This document shows, one piece after another, positions 14,543-28,827 of a DNA stretch of 64,000 nucleotides (position 1 is the first letter of the stretch; each line of letters opens with the position of its first letter). Source of the DNA: Eledone cirrhosa. Lineage: Eukaryota. A program made the translations under genes and the position numbers. The stretch is from the NCBI GenBank assembly GCA_964016885.1, contig OZ024743.1:257548001-257612000 (forward strand). The letters run 5' to 3'. The notes below the pieces were generated by a model. The model was not told the DNA's origin and ran no database searches. It saw only the letters and a program-made list of their open reading frames with translations.

Positions 14543-14888
14543 ATATGAATGTATGTTAAACAAACAAGATGCCCTCTACTTAGGTATAAAGAAATAATAC
14601 AAATTTGTATATATAATAAATATATTTGAATTTCAAGGAAAGAAAAGTAGTTAATTATTTATTTTGGAATACAAGTAAAAACAATTAAAAGTAAATACAA
14701 TTATGAAATGAAAATAATAATTACTGATAAAAATAACTAATTGCATTATATTTGTTACTGATACAAACTAAAAGGAAAAAAGAAAGAAAACAGATTGTTT
14801 ATATCAATAAATACAAAAATAGTGACTTTAGTACATTTTCAGTCCTCCATTTTTTCATATATACACTATATTATGTTTAAATCGACCA

Positions 14889-15108
14889 CACTGCATTACT
14901 GGTACTTTATTTCATTGACCCCATAAGGATGAAAGGCAAAGCTAACCTCGACAGGATGGTCTGAGTTCAAATCCCGTCAAGGTTAGCTTTGCCTTTCATC
15001 CTTACAGGGTCAATAAAATACAGTACCAGTAATGCACTGGGGTTGATTTAATCGACTTTCCCCTACCTTTTAAATTGTGGGCCTTGTGCCTAAAGTAGAA
15101 ACAATTAT
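14889..15108. mobile_element. Head-to-head partial SINE family A copies
   Basis: Minus fragment 14889-14957 joined to plus fragment 14958-15108. Confidence 0.8.
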
Positions 15109-15219
15109 ATAAAATATATGGCAAGCTGGCATATGTCTTCCTTGGTACTCAGACTTTCCTGTGTTTATGTGCCTATGTATATGCATACATGCATCTGTAT
15201 GAGTGAATATGTCTCTGTG

Positions 15220-15253
<34 letters not shown>

Positions 15254-15431
15254 ATATAAAAATGGCTTCTACAGGACTAGAGCTGTTTCATTCGGGAGAA
15301 ATCATGAGGAAGCCCATTTCTATATTAAATACTTATACTCTGTTATGTATTGAGTACTTTACTTACTGTGGTTACCCCCGATTGAAACTGGGATATACTA
15401 ATGCACCACCCTCTTGTAAATTTTAATAAAG

Positions 15432-15640
15432 GTTTCTAATTTAAGCAAAAGGCCAGGAAATTCTGGAGAAGGGCAAAGTTAATTAAATCAGCTCTATTAT
15501 TTTGCTGGTACTTTATTTTGTTGAACCTGGGAGGATGAAAGGCAAAGTTGACCATGGCAAGATTTGAACTCAGAATATAAAGTGCCAGACAAAGAGCACA
15601 ATGGCATTTTATCCGATGCTCTACCAGTTCTGCCAATCAA
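15432..15640 (-). mobile_element. SINE family A, diverged
   Basis: Reverse complement of the core and B-box. Confidence 0.75.
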
Positions 15641-15734
15641 ACACACTTAGGTGATGTCAATAATATTGATTAGTACTTTGTTTTATCAACACTGGAAAAA
15701 ATGAAAAGCAAAGAAACAATGAGGCATACATAGG

Positions 15735-16712
15735 AGGAATGAGATATGGACATGTGAAGCATATGAAGGATGATAGCTGTATAAAAAGATGCAGAATGCT
15801 CAAAGTTGATGGAAGACCCAAGAAGACATATGATGAGGCAATGAAAGCTGACCTTGCACAATTGCACCTCCCAAAGATGATGACACAATACCAAGATCTC
15901 TTGCATTATGCAGTAAAACGGAAGACCCGCCTTCCCATGAGCACAGGCAGAAGCATACATAATGTATGCCCCACCTTCACCTACATCCCCACCTTCCATA
16001 CACCTCCCATGAACAGAGACTGAAGCATACATCTGATATGCACCACCTACCCCTCCATCCCCCATTCCATACACCTCCCATGTCCTAACAATCCACCCTT
16101 CACACATACACATATACCTGCCTCCCCAATTCTCACACACCTTTCCCACAAAAGTCTCCAGCCCACACTGTAAAGTGGTTGTGCTGGCGACACACAAAAT
16201 GCACTCACCGCACACTGTTAAGTGGCCATGTAGGTGACATGACAAAAAAGCACCCAGCCCATGCTGTAAAGTGGTCATGTAGGTGTCACAATAAAAAGCA
16301 TTCATCCCACATTGTAAAGTGGGCATGTAGGTGATACAAGAAAAAAGTGCCTAGCCAATACTGTAGGTGTCAATAAAAAACCTCCAGCCCGCACTATAAA
16401 GTGGTCATGTAGATGTCACAACAAAAAGCACCCAACCCACACTGCAAAGTGGTTGTGTAGGTGTCATGATAAAAAGCACCTAGCCCACACTGTAAAGTGG
16501 TCATGTAGGTGTCACAACAAAAAGTACCCAGTACTCACTGTAAATGTAATTGGCATTAGGAAGGACATCCAGCTGTACAAACCAAACCAAAATCAGTTCT
16601 TTATTAGCAAGACATGGTCACCTGATCTAGCATTGCTCACAACAGGACAACTCATCTAACCTATGCTTGTTTAGAAAGATGGACGTTAAACAGTGATGTT
16701 GATGATGATGAA
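15735..16712 (+). mobile_element. RTE LINE 3' end with long 3' UTR containing ~45-bp tandem repeats
   Basis: RYGHVKHMKDDSCIKRCR..GRPKKT; repeated CACACTGTAAAGTGGTCATGTAGGTGTCAC units; ends GGACGTTAAA plus (ATG)n. Confidence 0.82.
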
Positions 16713-17743
16713 CAAATATCGCAAAGCATGTTATCTGACACTCTAATGGTTGCAGCAATCTACTGTCATTATAAAAATATAAAATATAAGCAGTGTCATT
16801 ACACTGAATACATTACTACTCTCTCTGTGACAATATGTCAAAGAAAGAATCACCATTTCACAAGAAATTTTCTTCTACCTGAAGAGTTCTAGAAAGGAAA
16901 TTATGCAAGAATTGGAAGGATTCACTGTTTTTCAGTAAAGTGAAAATCCACTGAACTTTTGATGAATTGAAAATAAAATACTTTATTTTTGTCTTCCTTT
17001 CATTCCTCCTCTCTTCTGAATGCTTCAACTATTTCCTTTCTTTACTTTTTCTTTCTTTCTCTTTTCCTTTTCTTTTTTTCTTTCTTTCACTTTTCTTTAA
17101 TTCTTCCTTCCTTTCTTTTTTCTTTCTTTTTCTTTCTTACTTTCCTTTTTAATTTTTCAACTATATGACTATTTTTCTAAAATGCTTTTTCCTATAACTT
17201 ATTTCTTTCTCACTCCTTTCTTCATACCCCCCCCCTCCCCCCAAATCTTTGAAGTACATTTGGCTGTTGACTGAGAGGGAGAAGAGGAGGAGAAAGAGAA
17301 GAAGCAGAAGAGGATTCATATTGGTTCATTCTTCATATCTCCCTCCTCTCTCACCCTTACTCCCACAACTGCCCCACAATCTTTGAAGAACATTTTGTTA
17401 GCAACAGTGTTGAAAGTAATGTAGGAACTGGTGAGATGTAGAAAAGGAGGTAGAAGGAGAAGCAGAGGAGGAGGAGGAGGAGTAGATTCTTAATGATTTA
17501 TTCTTCATACTCATTACTGCCACTCTTACCTCACAATTCAAGGCTGACTCCAGTGTCAAAAGCAATGTAGGTGGAGGTGAGAGGAGAAAGAAAGAGAAAT
17601 AAGAGGGGGGAAACAGAAGGAAAAGAATAAAAGAACAGAAGATTTTTTAATTGTATTGAGTTATCTACAGGAACTGGTAACATTCTTTAGAAACTAGATT
17701 AGCCTGCTTTGGTTGGTTGATTGTTATTATTACTATTTTTATT

Positions 17744-18152
17744 ATGGCAGTATCGGTAGAGCATTGGACAACATGCTTTTTGCAGTATAGAGTTATGGCA
17801 CTTTACGGTCTAGGTTCAAATCCTGCAAAGGTTAACTTTGTCTTTCATCCTTATGGGGTCAATAAAATAAAGTACCAGTAATGCACTGGGGTTGATTTAA
17901 TCGACTTTCCCCTCCCCCCAAATTACTGGCCTTGTGCCTATATAAGAAATCATTATTATTGGTGGATCGGCAGTATCGGTAGTGGGTCGGATGCCATGCT
18001 TTCCAGCATAGTTACGTCCCTTTATGGTCTGAGTTCAAATCCCGCCGAGGTTTACTTTGCCTTTCATCCTTACGGGGGTCGATAAAATAAAGTACCAGTA
18101 ATGCACTGGATAATTGCTGGCCTTGTGCCTAAAGTAGAAACAATTATTATTA
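17744..18152 (+). mobile_element. Two tandem SINE family A copies (long and short subfamily)
   Basis: 17744-17960 and 17961-18152, each with A/B boxes and the core domain. Confidence 0.88.
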
Positions 18153-18357
18153 TTGTTGTTGTTGTTTCTACTTTTTATAAAAATTATATTTTATTCTTTT
18201 TCTATTTATTTTGTTGGTGGGAAGGGGTGGTGCAAAAAGAAAAGAATTAAATGTAAAACAAAATGAATAGTTGAAAACATTGTTTTTTGTATGGTTTAGG
18301 TAGTAGTAGTAGTATAGGTGGTTGTGCTGTAGGTCATTATAGTAGTAGTAGTAGTAA

Positions 18358-18399
<42 letters not shown>

Positions 18400-18779
18400 A
18401 AGAAATTATGAAGAAGGGGAAAAAATGTAAAATAATAAAAAAGAGAGAACAAAATTAAATATATATACGTGTGTGTGAGTGTGCATCTCTGTAAGTATAT
18501 ATACATGTGTAGACATGTATGCATGAGTTTATTCTCATTATTTAACATGTATCTTCCCTGTTGTCAAGGGTTGGATGAGTTATCACAGCCCAAGTTAGTA
18601 CTTAGATTCATTAACCTCTCAAATGGACCAGGGGCAACATTTTTGTGTACATACATTTCCACACTTTACAGGGGAATATATCTAACATGCATAGCTGAAT
18701 CCATGACTGAACTAGAGAAAAAATTCCTGCTCTGGAAGCATAACCTGGAATCAAAATCTACTTGGCTAAGACCTAAGTT

Positions 18780-20152
18780 CTAGTAAGTAGTAAGGAAAAT
18801 AAGGAAATGGCCTTGCTCAGTGTAGGAAAGGGTGGGTAGAAATTCCATCCTTTGTCTGAAATGCAAGTTATGGGTGAACAAGAGATATAGTGGGAACTCA
18901 GGTAGGTTAGCTAAGAACGTGGTTTTACTTGTGTCTGTTGCACAGGAACAATAAATAACAAACACTCATAGGAAACAAATGCCATTAAATTCTTGGTAAG
19001 TTCCGTAGAAGCAGTTCCCAGCTTCTGCTACCTTAGTGAACAAATAAGCTATGGGGGTGGGTGTGCCGAAATTATGGTAGAAGGGGATGGAAAAGGTTCA
19101 GGGAGCTACTACTACTGCTACCTACAAAAGGTTTTTCCCACAAAATGAAGGGCAGATTGTATGATGCATGTATACAAACTGCAAAGTTACATGGTAGTGA
19201 GACCTGGGTGCTGTGTGCAGAGGACCTGTGAAGATTGGAAAGAAATGAAGCTGGCATGCTTCAATGGATATGTAATCATAATATATGTGTACGGCAAAAT
19301 ATTAATGAACTGAGAAAGAAACTGGGTATAAGAGGAACCAGATGAAGTGTGCAGGAGAGGAGATTGCATTGGTATGGACATGTGATGTGTATGCTAGATA
19401 ACAGCTGTATAAAAAGATGTAGGGCTCTCAAAGTTGATGGAAGCCAAGGAGTAGGATTATTTGGGATGGTGTGATAAAAACCAACCTTGTACAATTACTC
19501 CTCCCAAAGGTAATAACACAGGATCAAGATCTCTGGTGTTATGCACTAATACAGACCTGCCTTCCCATGTGCATAAATTGAAGTATACATTTAATTTGCA
19601 CTACTGACCCTTACCTTTTCTTTCCATACAACTTTAATGTCCTAGAAGACCTACCTTTCTATGTGTACAGATTGCAGCATACATCTAGTACGCACTACTC
19701 TCCCTTATCTCTGCTTTCCTTACAGCTCTAATGCCCCAGCATCCCTTCCTTGATCCACTCCTCCCCATGTACCTCCCCCACCTCATTCAACACTGTAAAG
19801 CAGTCGTTTCTGGTGCCATAAAAAAAAGCACCCAGACCACTCTGTAAGGTGGTTATGTAGGTATCACGACAAATAGCACCCAGTCCACACTGTAAGTCAG
19901 TCATGTAGTTGTCACAACAAAATTATCTAGTCCACATTGTAAAGTGGTCGTTTTTGGTGCCCCAATAAAATGCACACAGTACACACTGTAAATGTGGTTG
20001 ACATAAGGAAGGGCATCCAGCCATAGAAACCAAAGTAAAAATCGCTCCAATGTGTGCTGGAGGCAGTTATCTGCTCTAGATTTGCTCACATCTGGGCAAC
20101 TTGTTAATCTATACAAGCATAGAAAAATTGACATTAAATGGTGATGATGATA
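18780..20152 (+). mobile_element. Decayed RTE LINE 3' part
   Basis: Homologous to 6785-7330 (GRLYDAC..LHGSETW..WYGHV) plus the same 3' UTR and (ATG)n tail. Confidence 0.82.
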
Positions 20153-20389
20153 TATATATATATATATCATTCCAAGGTTGTTAAGCTGAGGGGTGGTAGT
20201 GGAAGTGAGCTTCCACTGTTTAAAAAGGGCTCCTTGTGGCATGTGCTTCAAATAGCCTCTAGCCTTTTTGTGTGGCTCAACATGCAAGCCCAGCAGAACT
20301 GTCCATACTGACAGGAGAAAGGGTGTGAGTAGATTCTGCTGCCTTGAAACTAGTGCTTTTTGTAGATGGAGCTTATCAACCCTCCATCT

Positions 20390-20830
20390 ATAAACTACAA
20401 GTTTTCCTCTTTGAATTAATCTTTGAGTCAAACAGATTTTCCTATCCTTCTCCACCATGCCTCCATCAACAAGTGGAAGGGTTCTTCTGGGATTCTCGAC
20501 AGCTCCATCATCATGGCCCTTTTAGTGACTTCCACACCCGGGAAATGGTTCGTACTCAAAGGTCCATCACTGGTTATAACCCTCCCCAGAAAGTCTGGTT
20601 CAGTTTCAAGATGCTTGTGGATGTCCTGACACACCTGCATGTTAAAGGCCTTCCACGCATGTGGTCGTCTTCTACCTTTTCAACCACTCAATATCCCGTG
20701 AGTGTGATATTGTTTCATCTCCATAAACTTGATGGAGTATTCCAAGTGGTTCTGATGGAGTTTTGCCCAGCTGAACCAGAAACATGTAGCTGGTATGTTG
20801 CTCTCTGTCCATTACTTGTTGACCTAAAAT
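20390..20830 (-). mobile_element. Mariner transposase relic with internal deletions
   Basis: FLVQLGKTPSE..ILHQVYGDE..EDD..GRP, QVCQDI..ETEPDFLGRVITSD, ELSRIPEE.F..EAWWRRIGK. Confidence 0.82.
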
Positions 20831-21064
20831 TGAGGAGCTGTTAATAAATCACATGAAAAACATACAATGGTAGCAGAGAGCTGAATCACAGTTGTATACT
20901 CCCCAGATATTACGTCAGATGCTAATCCCTAATCCCTAGCCCACTCATAGCTCATACAGCACACTAAGTCTTATTACTTTTCTAATACACCTTGTATGTA
21001 TTCGTATATATGCACGTGTGTGCATTTGTAAATATGTTCATATACACACACAAGGCATACAGGC

Positions 21065-21129
<65 letters not shown>

Positions 21130-21477
21130 CACACATACACACGCAAACATATATATGTATATATATATATATATATATATACAATATATTAATAAATGGA
21201 AACTATATTTATAAAACCATAATTATTTTATTATATATATTTCAAGGGCGACCAAGGTAAATTATGGTGCACTTTCATCATATAAAATACAGATTTGTTT
21301 TATAAATAAATATTGACATACCCGGAAAAAAAGACAACCTCAAAGGTTGAAATTTGCTGGATAGTGGAGATAATTGAGGGTGATACAAAGTTGTGAGTGA
21401 GTATGTAAATGAGTGTCAGAAAAATTGAAAAAGCAACGGTTTATTTAAATTAAACTGTTGGAAGAAAATAGATGTCA

Positions 21478-21895
21478 AAAGGGAGAGACAAAATAGATGT
21501 AAAAGGGGAAAGAGACAAAATAGATGTAAAAAGGGAGAGAGACAAAATAGATGTAAAAAGGGAAAGAGACAAAATAGATGTAAAAAGGAGAGAGACAAAA
21601 TAGATGTAAAAAGGGAGAGAGACAAAATAGATGTAAAAAGGGAGAGAGACAAAATAGATGTAAAAAGGGAGAGAGACAAAATAGATGTAAAAAGGAGAGA
21701 GACAAAATAGATGTAAAAAGGCAGAGAGACAAAATAGATGTAAAAAGGGAGAGAGACAAAATAGATGTAAAAAGGGAGAGACAAAATAGATGTAAAAAGG
21801 GAGAGAGACAAAATAGATGGAAAAAGGAGAGAGACAAAATAGATGTAAAAAGGGAGAGAGACAAAATAGATATAAAAAGGGAGAGAGACAAAAAA
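21478..21895. repeat. ~28-29-bp minisatellite within the PLE B pLTR; shorter array at ~25785-26025 in the other arm
   Basis: Tandem GAGAGACAAAATAGATGTAAAAAGG units. Confidence 0.92.
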
Positions 21896-23574
21896 TTGAG
21901 ATGGAGAGAGATAAAGAGAAAAAAATTGAGAGGGAGAGAGATGGAGAGAAAAAATATTGAAAGGGAGGGAGATAGAATAGTGAGATGGGAGAGAGAAGAG
22001 AATAGAGAGAGAAAGAGAGAGATAGAAGAAAAAGAGAAAAGATATAATATTGAGAGAGAGTGAAGGAAAGAACAAATATTGAGATGGAGAGAGAAAGGAA
22101 AAAGTATTGAGAGGGAGAGAGAAAAGAATATTGAAAAAAAGAGAGAGAAAGAGTATTGAGAAGGAGAGAAAAGAAAGAGAAAGAGAAAGAGGAGCAAAGT
22201 GAGCCAAGAAATAAATGTTATATGGATGAGTAGTCAGAATGTAAATATATCATTCGTTATGTTTATATTATTTATAAAGGTAAAGTTAAAAAATTAAATT
22301 AATGATAAAAAATCTTTACGAAAGAATATTGTTATAATTTAGTTAAAAATTTAACCAGAAATTTAATTAAAATTTAATTAATTACAATAAGATATATTAC
22401 AAAAAGAAGTATTTAAAAATTTATTAAGATGTATTAATACTATATAGGTTTAGATGGGTATTTTATGTTATAGGTTATAAATTATTTGAATCTATAGTAT
22501 TTTGCATTGGAAAAAAAAACAAGTATAGTTTAATTGATTAAAGTTAGTTTATCAAAATTATATTTAGCCAGAGTTTATTAATAGTTGTAAGTCAAATCTT
22601 AAACATCAAATATTTATGAAGATTTACGAGAGTTTAGAAAGGAAAAATTATTTAATTAGGAGTATATATTAAAACAATTTACAATTTCGACTATAAATTA
22701 AGACTATAAAGATTGAGATTATAAAAACAATAAGGAAGTTAAAAGGGATTTAAAAAAAACCCCAAATGACTCCAAGGATAGATAAAAATCTCTACAAAAG
22801 TTATAAGAAGTTATGAAAATTCATCTTAAAATATAATTAAAATATAAGACATAATTATTCCACATATATATAAATAATATAAATGATTGGATATATATGA
22901 AAATACATAAGTATTAAAAATAATTGGATATGTATGAAAATACATAAGTATTAAACATGTTTAGAATATTGGAAGATGTAGGGTAATGGAAGACATGAAA
23001 ATAGTGTTTTTTCGTATCTTTCAAAAGAAACTTTCAAAAATGTAATCATAAGTTTTACAAAGATTTCAAGGAGGTGTTTCGAAGGAAATTTTTAGAATTT
23101 TTCAAAACATTTTCAAAAAAGAATTTCTGGAGGTAGGATTGAAAATTGCGATAATATTAGTATTAGAAAGTAAAGGTTTTAAGGAGTAAATTAAAATTAA
23201 TAAGTGTGCTTTATATATTTAGGAAGGTTAGAATTATATTGATATATATAATCTGAGGGAAGAGATTATAGGTGTTTGGATGTAGAAAACGTTATGTAAG
23301 GAAGAATGAACATATATTACATTATATATATATATCTAAAAGTTGAGTTTAACTGATGTTTACAAGAACTAAATAAATTATTCCGCAAATTAATCGAGTT
23401 CTTAGATTTTAGTATAAAGAATATTTCCTCTACGCAAAGGCTACACAATTTGAATAGAGCTGTGTAAGATTGTGCTTGGGAGACAATATTCCAAGATAAA
23501 GAGTAGTTTATATTCTTGGATTTTAAATTCCATAATAAGTTGGATAGAGAAATTGAAGATTTCTTGGTAAACTC

Positions 23575-24230
23575 CAATAGCTAAACTATTTTTTAAAGCT
23601 CTAGATAATTGTTTTCCCAAGACGCACAGGTATCACTCAATCTTTAATAGACATACTATTAAATTATCATACTCTACCACTATGAATTTAGCGCAGAATA
23701 TTAATAGAATTAATAATAGAAACTTAAAACTTAACCAGAATAGCATTAATACCTCTAGCAATATCCAATATAATGTTACCGCTCCCAATAATATAAATTC
23801 CGATAAATGTAATTGTAGAAATAAATCTAACTCCCCTCTAAATAATAACTGTTTAGTTAAAAATATAGTATACAATTGTAATGTCAAAACCAAAGATAAT
23901 TCCTTCAACTATGTCGGCTCTACTTCGACAGACTTCAAATCTCGTTTCAATAACCATAAATGTTCCTTTATGAATATTACCAAGAAATCTTCAACTTCTC
24001 TATCCAACTTATTATGGAATTTAAAATCCAAGAATATAAACTTCTCTTTATCTTGGAATATTGTCTCCTAAGCATAATCTTACACAGCTCTATCCAAATT
24101 TTGTAGCCTTTGCGTAGAGGAAATATTCTTTATACTAAAATCTAAGAACTCTATTAATTTGCGGAATAATTTATTTAGTTCTTGTAAACATCGATTAAAC
24201 TCAACTTTTAGATATATATATATAATGTAA
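23575..24230 (+). pseudogene. Decayed PLE B RT-thumb/linker and GIY-YIG endonuclease
   Basis: IAKLFFKALDNCFPKTHRYHSIFNRHTIKLSYS..CNCRNK..PL..CLVKNIVY..YVGSTSTDFKSRFNNHKCSF..LSNLLW..W.I..CSLCVEE. Two CAA>TAA stops in the right arm are CAA in the left-arm copy. Confidence 0.88.
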
Positions 24231-25281
24231 TATATGTTCATTCTTCCTTACATAACGTTTTCTACATCCCAACACCTATAATCTCTTCCCTCAGATTATA
24301 TATATCAATATAATTCTAACCTTCCTAAATATATAAAGTACACTTATTAATTTTAATTTACTCCTTAAAACCTTTACTTTCTAATACTTATATTATCGCA
24401 ATTTTCAATCCTACCTCCAGAAATTCTTTTTTGAAAATGTTTTGAAAAATTCTAAAAATTTCCTTCGAAACACCTCCTGGAAATCTTTGTAAAACTTATG
24501 ATTACAATTTTGAAAGTTTCTTTTGAAAGATACGAAAAACCACTATTTTCATATCTTCCATTACCTCTACATATTCTAAACATGTATAATACTTATGTAT
24601 TTTCATACATATCCAATTATTTTCAATACTTATGTATTTTCATATATATCCAATCATTTATATTATTCATATATATATGTGGAATTATAATGTCCTATAT
24701 TTTAAGATGAATTTTCATAACTTCTTATAACTTTTGTAGAGATTTTTATCTATCCTTGGAGTCATTTGGGTTTTTTTTAAAATCCCTTTTAACTTCCTTA
24801 TTGTTTTTATAATCTCAATCTTTATAGTCTTAATTTATAGTCGAAATTGTAAATTGTTTTAATATATACTCCTAATTAAATAATTTTTCTTTCTAAACTC
24901 TCGTATCTTCATAAATATTTGATGTTTAAGATTTGACTTACAACTATTAATAAACTCTGGCTAAATATAATTTTGCCAAACTTACTTTAATCAATTAAAC
25001 AATACTTGTTTTTTTCCAATGCAAAATACTATACATTCAAATAATTTATAACCTGTAACATAAAATACCCATCTAAACCTATATAGTATTACTACATCTT
25101 AATACATTTTTAAATACTTATTTTTGTAATATATCTTATTGTAATTAATTAAATTTTAATTAAATTCTAATTAAATTTTAATTAAATTTCTGGTTAAATT
25201 TTTAACTAAATTATAACAATATTCTTTTGTAAAGATTTTTTATCATTAATTTAATTTTTTAACTTTACCTTTATAAATAAT

Positions 25282-25452
25282 TGTTTCTACTTTTGGCACA
25301 AGGTCAGGAATTATTCCAGTGTATTACTGGTACTTTATTTCATCGACCCTCGTAAGTATGAAAGGCAAAGTTAACCTCGGCAGGATTTGAACTCAGACCA
25401 TAAAGGGCCGTAACTCTTTGCTGCAAAGCAAGGCGTCCGATTCTGCCAATCC
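25282..25452 (-). mobile_element. SINE family A inserted in the right arm of PLE B, with 20-bp target-site duplication
   Basis: ACTTTACCTTTATAAATAAT at 25262-25281 and 25453-25472; the left arm has the empty site. Confidence 0.92.
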
Positions 25453-26197
25453 ACTTTACCTTTATAAATAATATAAACATAACCAATGATATATTTACAT
25501 TCTGACTACTCATCCATATAAAATTTATTTCTTCGCTCACTTTGTCCTCTTTCTCTTTCTTTTTCTTTTCTCTCCCTCTCAATACTTTTTCTTTTCTCTC
25601 TCCATCTCAATATTTGTTCTTTCCTTCACTCTCTCTCACTATTATATCTTTTCTCTTTTTCTTCTATCTCTCTCTTTCTCTCTCCCATCTCACTATTCTA
25701 TCTCTCTCCCTTTTTACATCTATTTTTCTCTCTATCTCTCTCCCTCTCAATTTTTTTCTCTTTATCTCTCTCCCTCTCAATTTTTTGTCTCTCTCCCTTT
25801 TTACATCTATTTTGTCTCTCTTCTTTTTACATCTATTTTGTCTCTCTCACTTTTTACATCTATTTTGTCTCTCTCCTTTTTACATCTATTTTGTCTCTCT
25901 CCTTTTTACATCTACTTTGTCTCTCTGCCTTTTTACATCTATTTTGTCTCTCTCCTTTTTACATCTATTTTGTCTCTTTTCCTTTTTACATCTATTTTGT
26001 CTCTCTCCTTTTTACATCTATTTTCTTCCAACAGTTTAATTTAAATAAACCGTTGTTTTTTCAATTTTTCTGACGCTCATTTACATACTCACTCACAACT
26101 TTGTATCACCCTCAATTATCTCCACTATCCAGCGAATTTCAACCGTTGAGGTTGTCTTTTTCCGGGTATGTCAATATTTATTTATATAACAAATCTG

Positions 26198-26263
26198 TAT
26201 TTTATCTGATGAAAGCGCACCATAATTTAACTTGGTCGCCCTTGAAATATATATAATAAAATA
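26198..26263 (+). ncRNA. Type I hammerhead ribozyme near the 3' end of PLE B
   Basis: TATTTTAT-CTGATGA-AAGCGCACCA..TGGTCGCCCTT-GAAA-TATATA-TA-ATAAAATA. 8-bp stem I, bulged stem II, palindromic stem III. The left-arm copy (~21224-21290, minus strand) has the core mutated to ATGATGA. Confidence 0.72.
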
Positions 26264-27223
26264 ATTATGGTTTTATAAATATAGTTTCCATTTATTAGTA
26301 TATTCTATATTTACTCCACTTAAAATGTTGAGTGCTTTATATCAGTTATAAACATTTTTAAGCTTGTTGAATCCCAACAAATTAAATATAACCTCTGCAT
26401 ATGTATATATATATATATATATATACACATACAAATATAAATAGATAGATAGATATTGTGTGAGAAAATAGTGAAGCTAAGCATGTATGAAATATTCATA
26501 TTTCAGTGTTGTCTGTGTTTTAGTTTCATGTGTCATGACAGATTTCCTCTTCTCATGTGAAGTTTGTAGATTCCAGCTTTTTTTCACTAACTTTCGCAAC
26601 AATTTCCGGTAAACAGTATCAATACTGCATTGTATTGTCTTGGACAAGAAGAAAGAGACTTCTACCAAATTTTAGCAGCTTATTTAGTTAACATTAAATA
26701 AATATATAAACGGAATAAATAGATGAATAAATATTTTATATCATCATAGTGATCATAGTCATCCTTTTACGTTTGTTTTCCCTGCTTGCAAGGGTTGGAC
26801 ATGTCCTCTAAACTGGTCAGTATTCACGTGGAGCTTCTGATCTGCACTGTTATTTCATTGATGATACTATCTGTTGGTCATAACACCTGGCTGCAGGAGG
26901 TGGGATTTGAACTCAGAAAATACAGAACCAGATTGTATACCACGAGCCATAATCTCAATTCTAATAATTCCCTCTATAGACCAGTATAAGAGTGTTTTTT
27001 TTTTAGTTTTATTTATTGACCTCGGAAGGATGAAAGGCGAATTTGAACTCAGTGGGAATCGAAATCACAGCGTAGAGCACCAGATGAAATACTGACATGT
27101 TTAATCTGATACTTTATATACATATATTTGTGTTTGTCTGTGTGTGCGTGTGTATAAATATTTATGCATATCATCATCATTGGGAAAGCAACGTAAAACC
27201 GCACGATGGAATTAAAGGAGTGA

Positions 27224-27313
<90 letters not shown>

Positions 27314-27463
27314 ATACTAAATGGGTTCTAGTTTTGTTTCAATAAACATTTAATTAAATACCGTCTGAATAAACTACTTAAAATAGTGAATTTATTACAT
27401 ATATATGTAATGGGGAAAAATAATCAAATATGCTCATTTAATGAAAAACTGTTTCCTCGCTTT

Positions 27464-27497
<34 letters not shown>

Positions 27498-28827
27498 TGT
27501 ATGTATGTATGTATGTATGTATGTATGTATGTATGTATGTGTGTGTGTGTGCATGCAGGAGTTATCTATTTGTATGTCAATGATGTCTGCATATATATAT
27601 ATGTGTGTGTGTATATATATATATGTGTGTGTGTGTATGTGTGTGTTAATAGCAATACATTATAACAGTGATCGCAATAGATATATAGATACTGGCTATC
27701 ACTATGTTTATCTTTTACAGTATGTTGTACACTTTTTTGTTATTGTTTACATGCTTGCTGTTGTCCTTTTTCTTGTCATCATCGCTGCAATTTATCATCA
27801 CTACCATAAACATCATCATCACCAGCAACATCATAACCACCACCATCCTCTACCTCATCTTCATCATCATCATTGTTATAATTGTTATTGATTGGACAAG
27901 GTTTTGATGGCAAAATGCCCATTTCGTTTGAAATTAACAAATGAGAGAGAGAGAGAGGGAGAGAGAGAGAGAAATATAAAGAGAGACGAGAAAGTGACAG
28001 AGAGTGTATGGTGAGAAAGAAAGAGATGAGACAGTGATGAGGAAGAGACAAAAATAGTGAGAAGAACAAATCAAAGAGAGAAAGAGAGAGAGAGAAAGGA
28101 GAAAAAGGGGAATGGCGATAAAGAAGCAAAGTGAGAGAGTTAAAAGTAAGATGAGAAAGAAAAATGATGGGGAGGGGGTCGGAGATGAAAAACAGATAAA
28201 TAGTGGAGGAGTGAGGAGAGAGAGAGAGAGAGAGAGAGGAAAAGAAAACAATAAGTAGAATAAAGAATGAATTTTGAAGAATTTCTCAACAGAGAAATGA
28301 TACGACATTGATTGACGTTTTATTATCATTTTCTTTTTTTATTCCAATGCAAGAGATTGAGGATTAGCAGCCATTAAGGCATCTATCGATAACATAACAG
28401 AAATCTCAAAGGATTCTTTGTTGAGCATCATTATTCCAAGAAAAATAAACAACAGAATACAGTTTTGATAATGTGATTAAATTACATCAGATATTTATTT
28501 ACTGTGAATATTTCAATTTGATTCCGTCTTTGTAATTTAAAAAAACCTTGTGTTTTGATGTAAATTACATAATGTCCTCTTGTTTTCACTGTTGCTGTTG
28601 TGTTTTTTGACTACTTTAAACATTGATATATATTTATCATCGTCTAAATGATTTATCTGAGTCAATTAGGCCTGCATTAAATTTCACTTAGTTTGACAGA
28701 TGTTGTCCAGCTATTCCTAGAAATCAGTTAATGTTTACACAAGATCTTGTCTTGTAAACAGTTAAATGTGGTCGTCGGTTAATATTAACAACGACAATAA
28801 TAATAACATCAACAACAATAACAATAA

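Larger units (their letters stand above)
21183..26304 (+). mobile_element. Penelope-like retroelement B: 5'-truncated body (23571-26304) plus ~2.4-kb inverted pLTR (21183-23570)
   Basis: Arms 21183-23570 and 23977-26304 are diverged reverse complements. The spacer and right arm encode PLE C-terminal sequence. Confidence 0.88.

Noticed and set aside
20344-20844. 166-aa plus-strand ORF
   Set aside because: Antisense shadow of the mariner relic.
21416-22207. 263-aa and 240-aa hydrophobic ORFs; CRISPR-like periodicity
   Set aside because: Minisatellite and CT-rich translation. There are no unique spacers or cas genes, and the context is eukaryotic.
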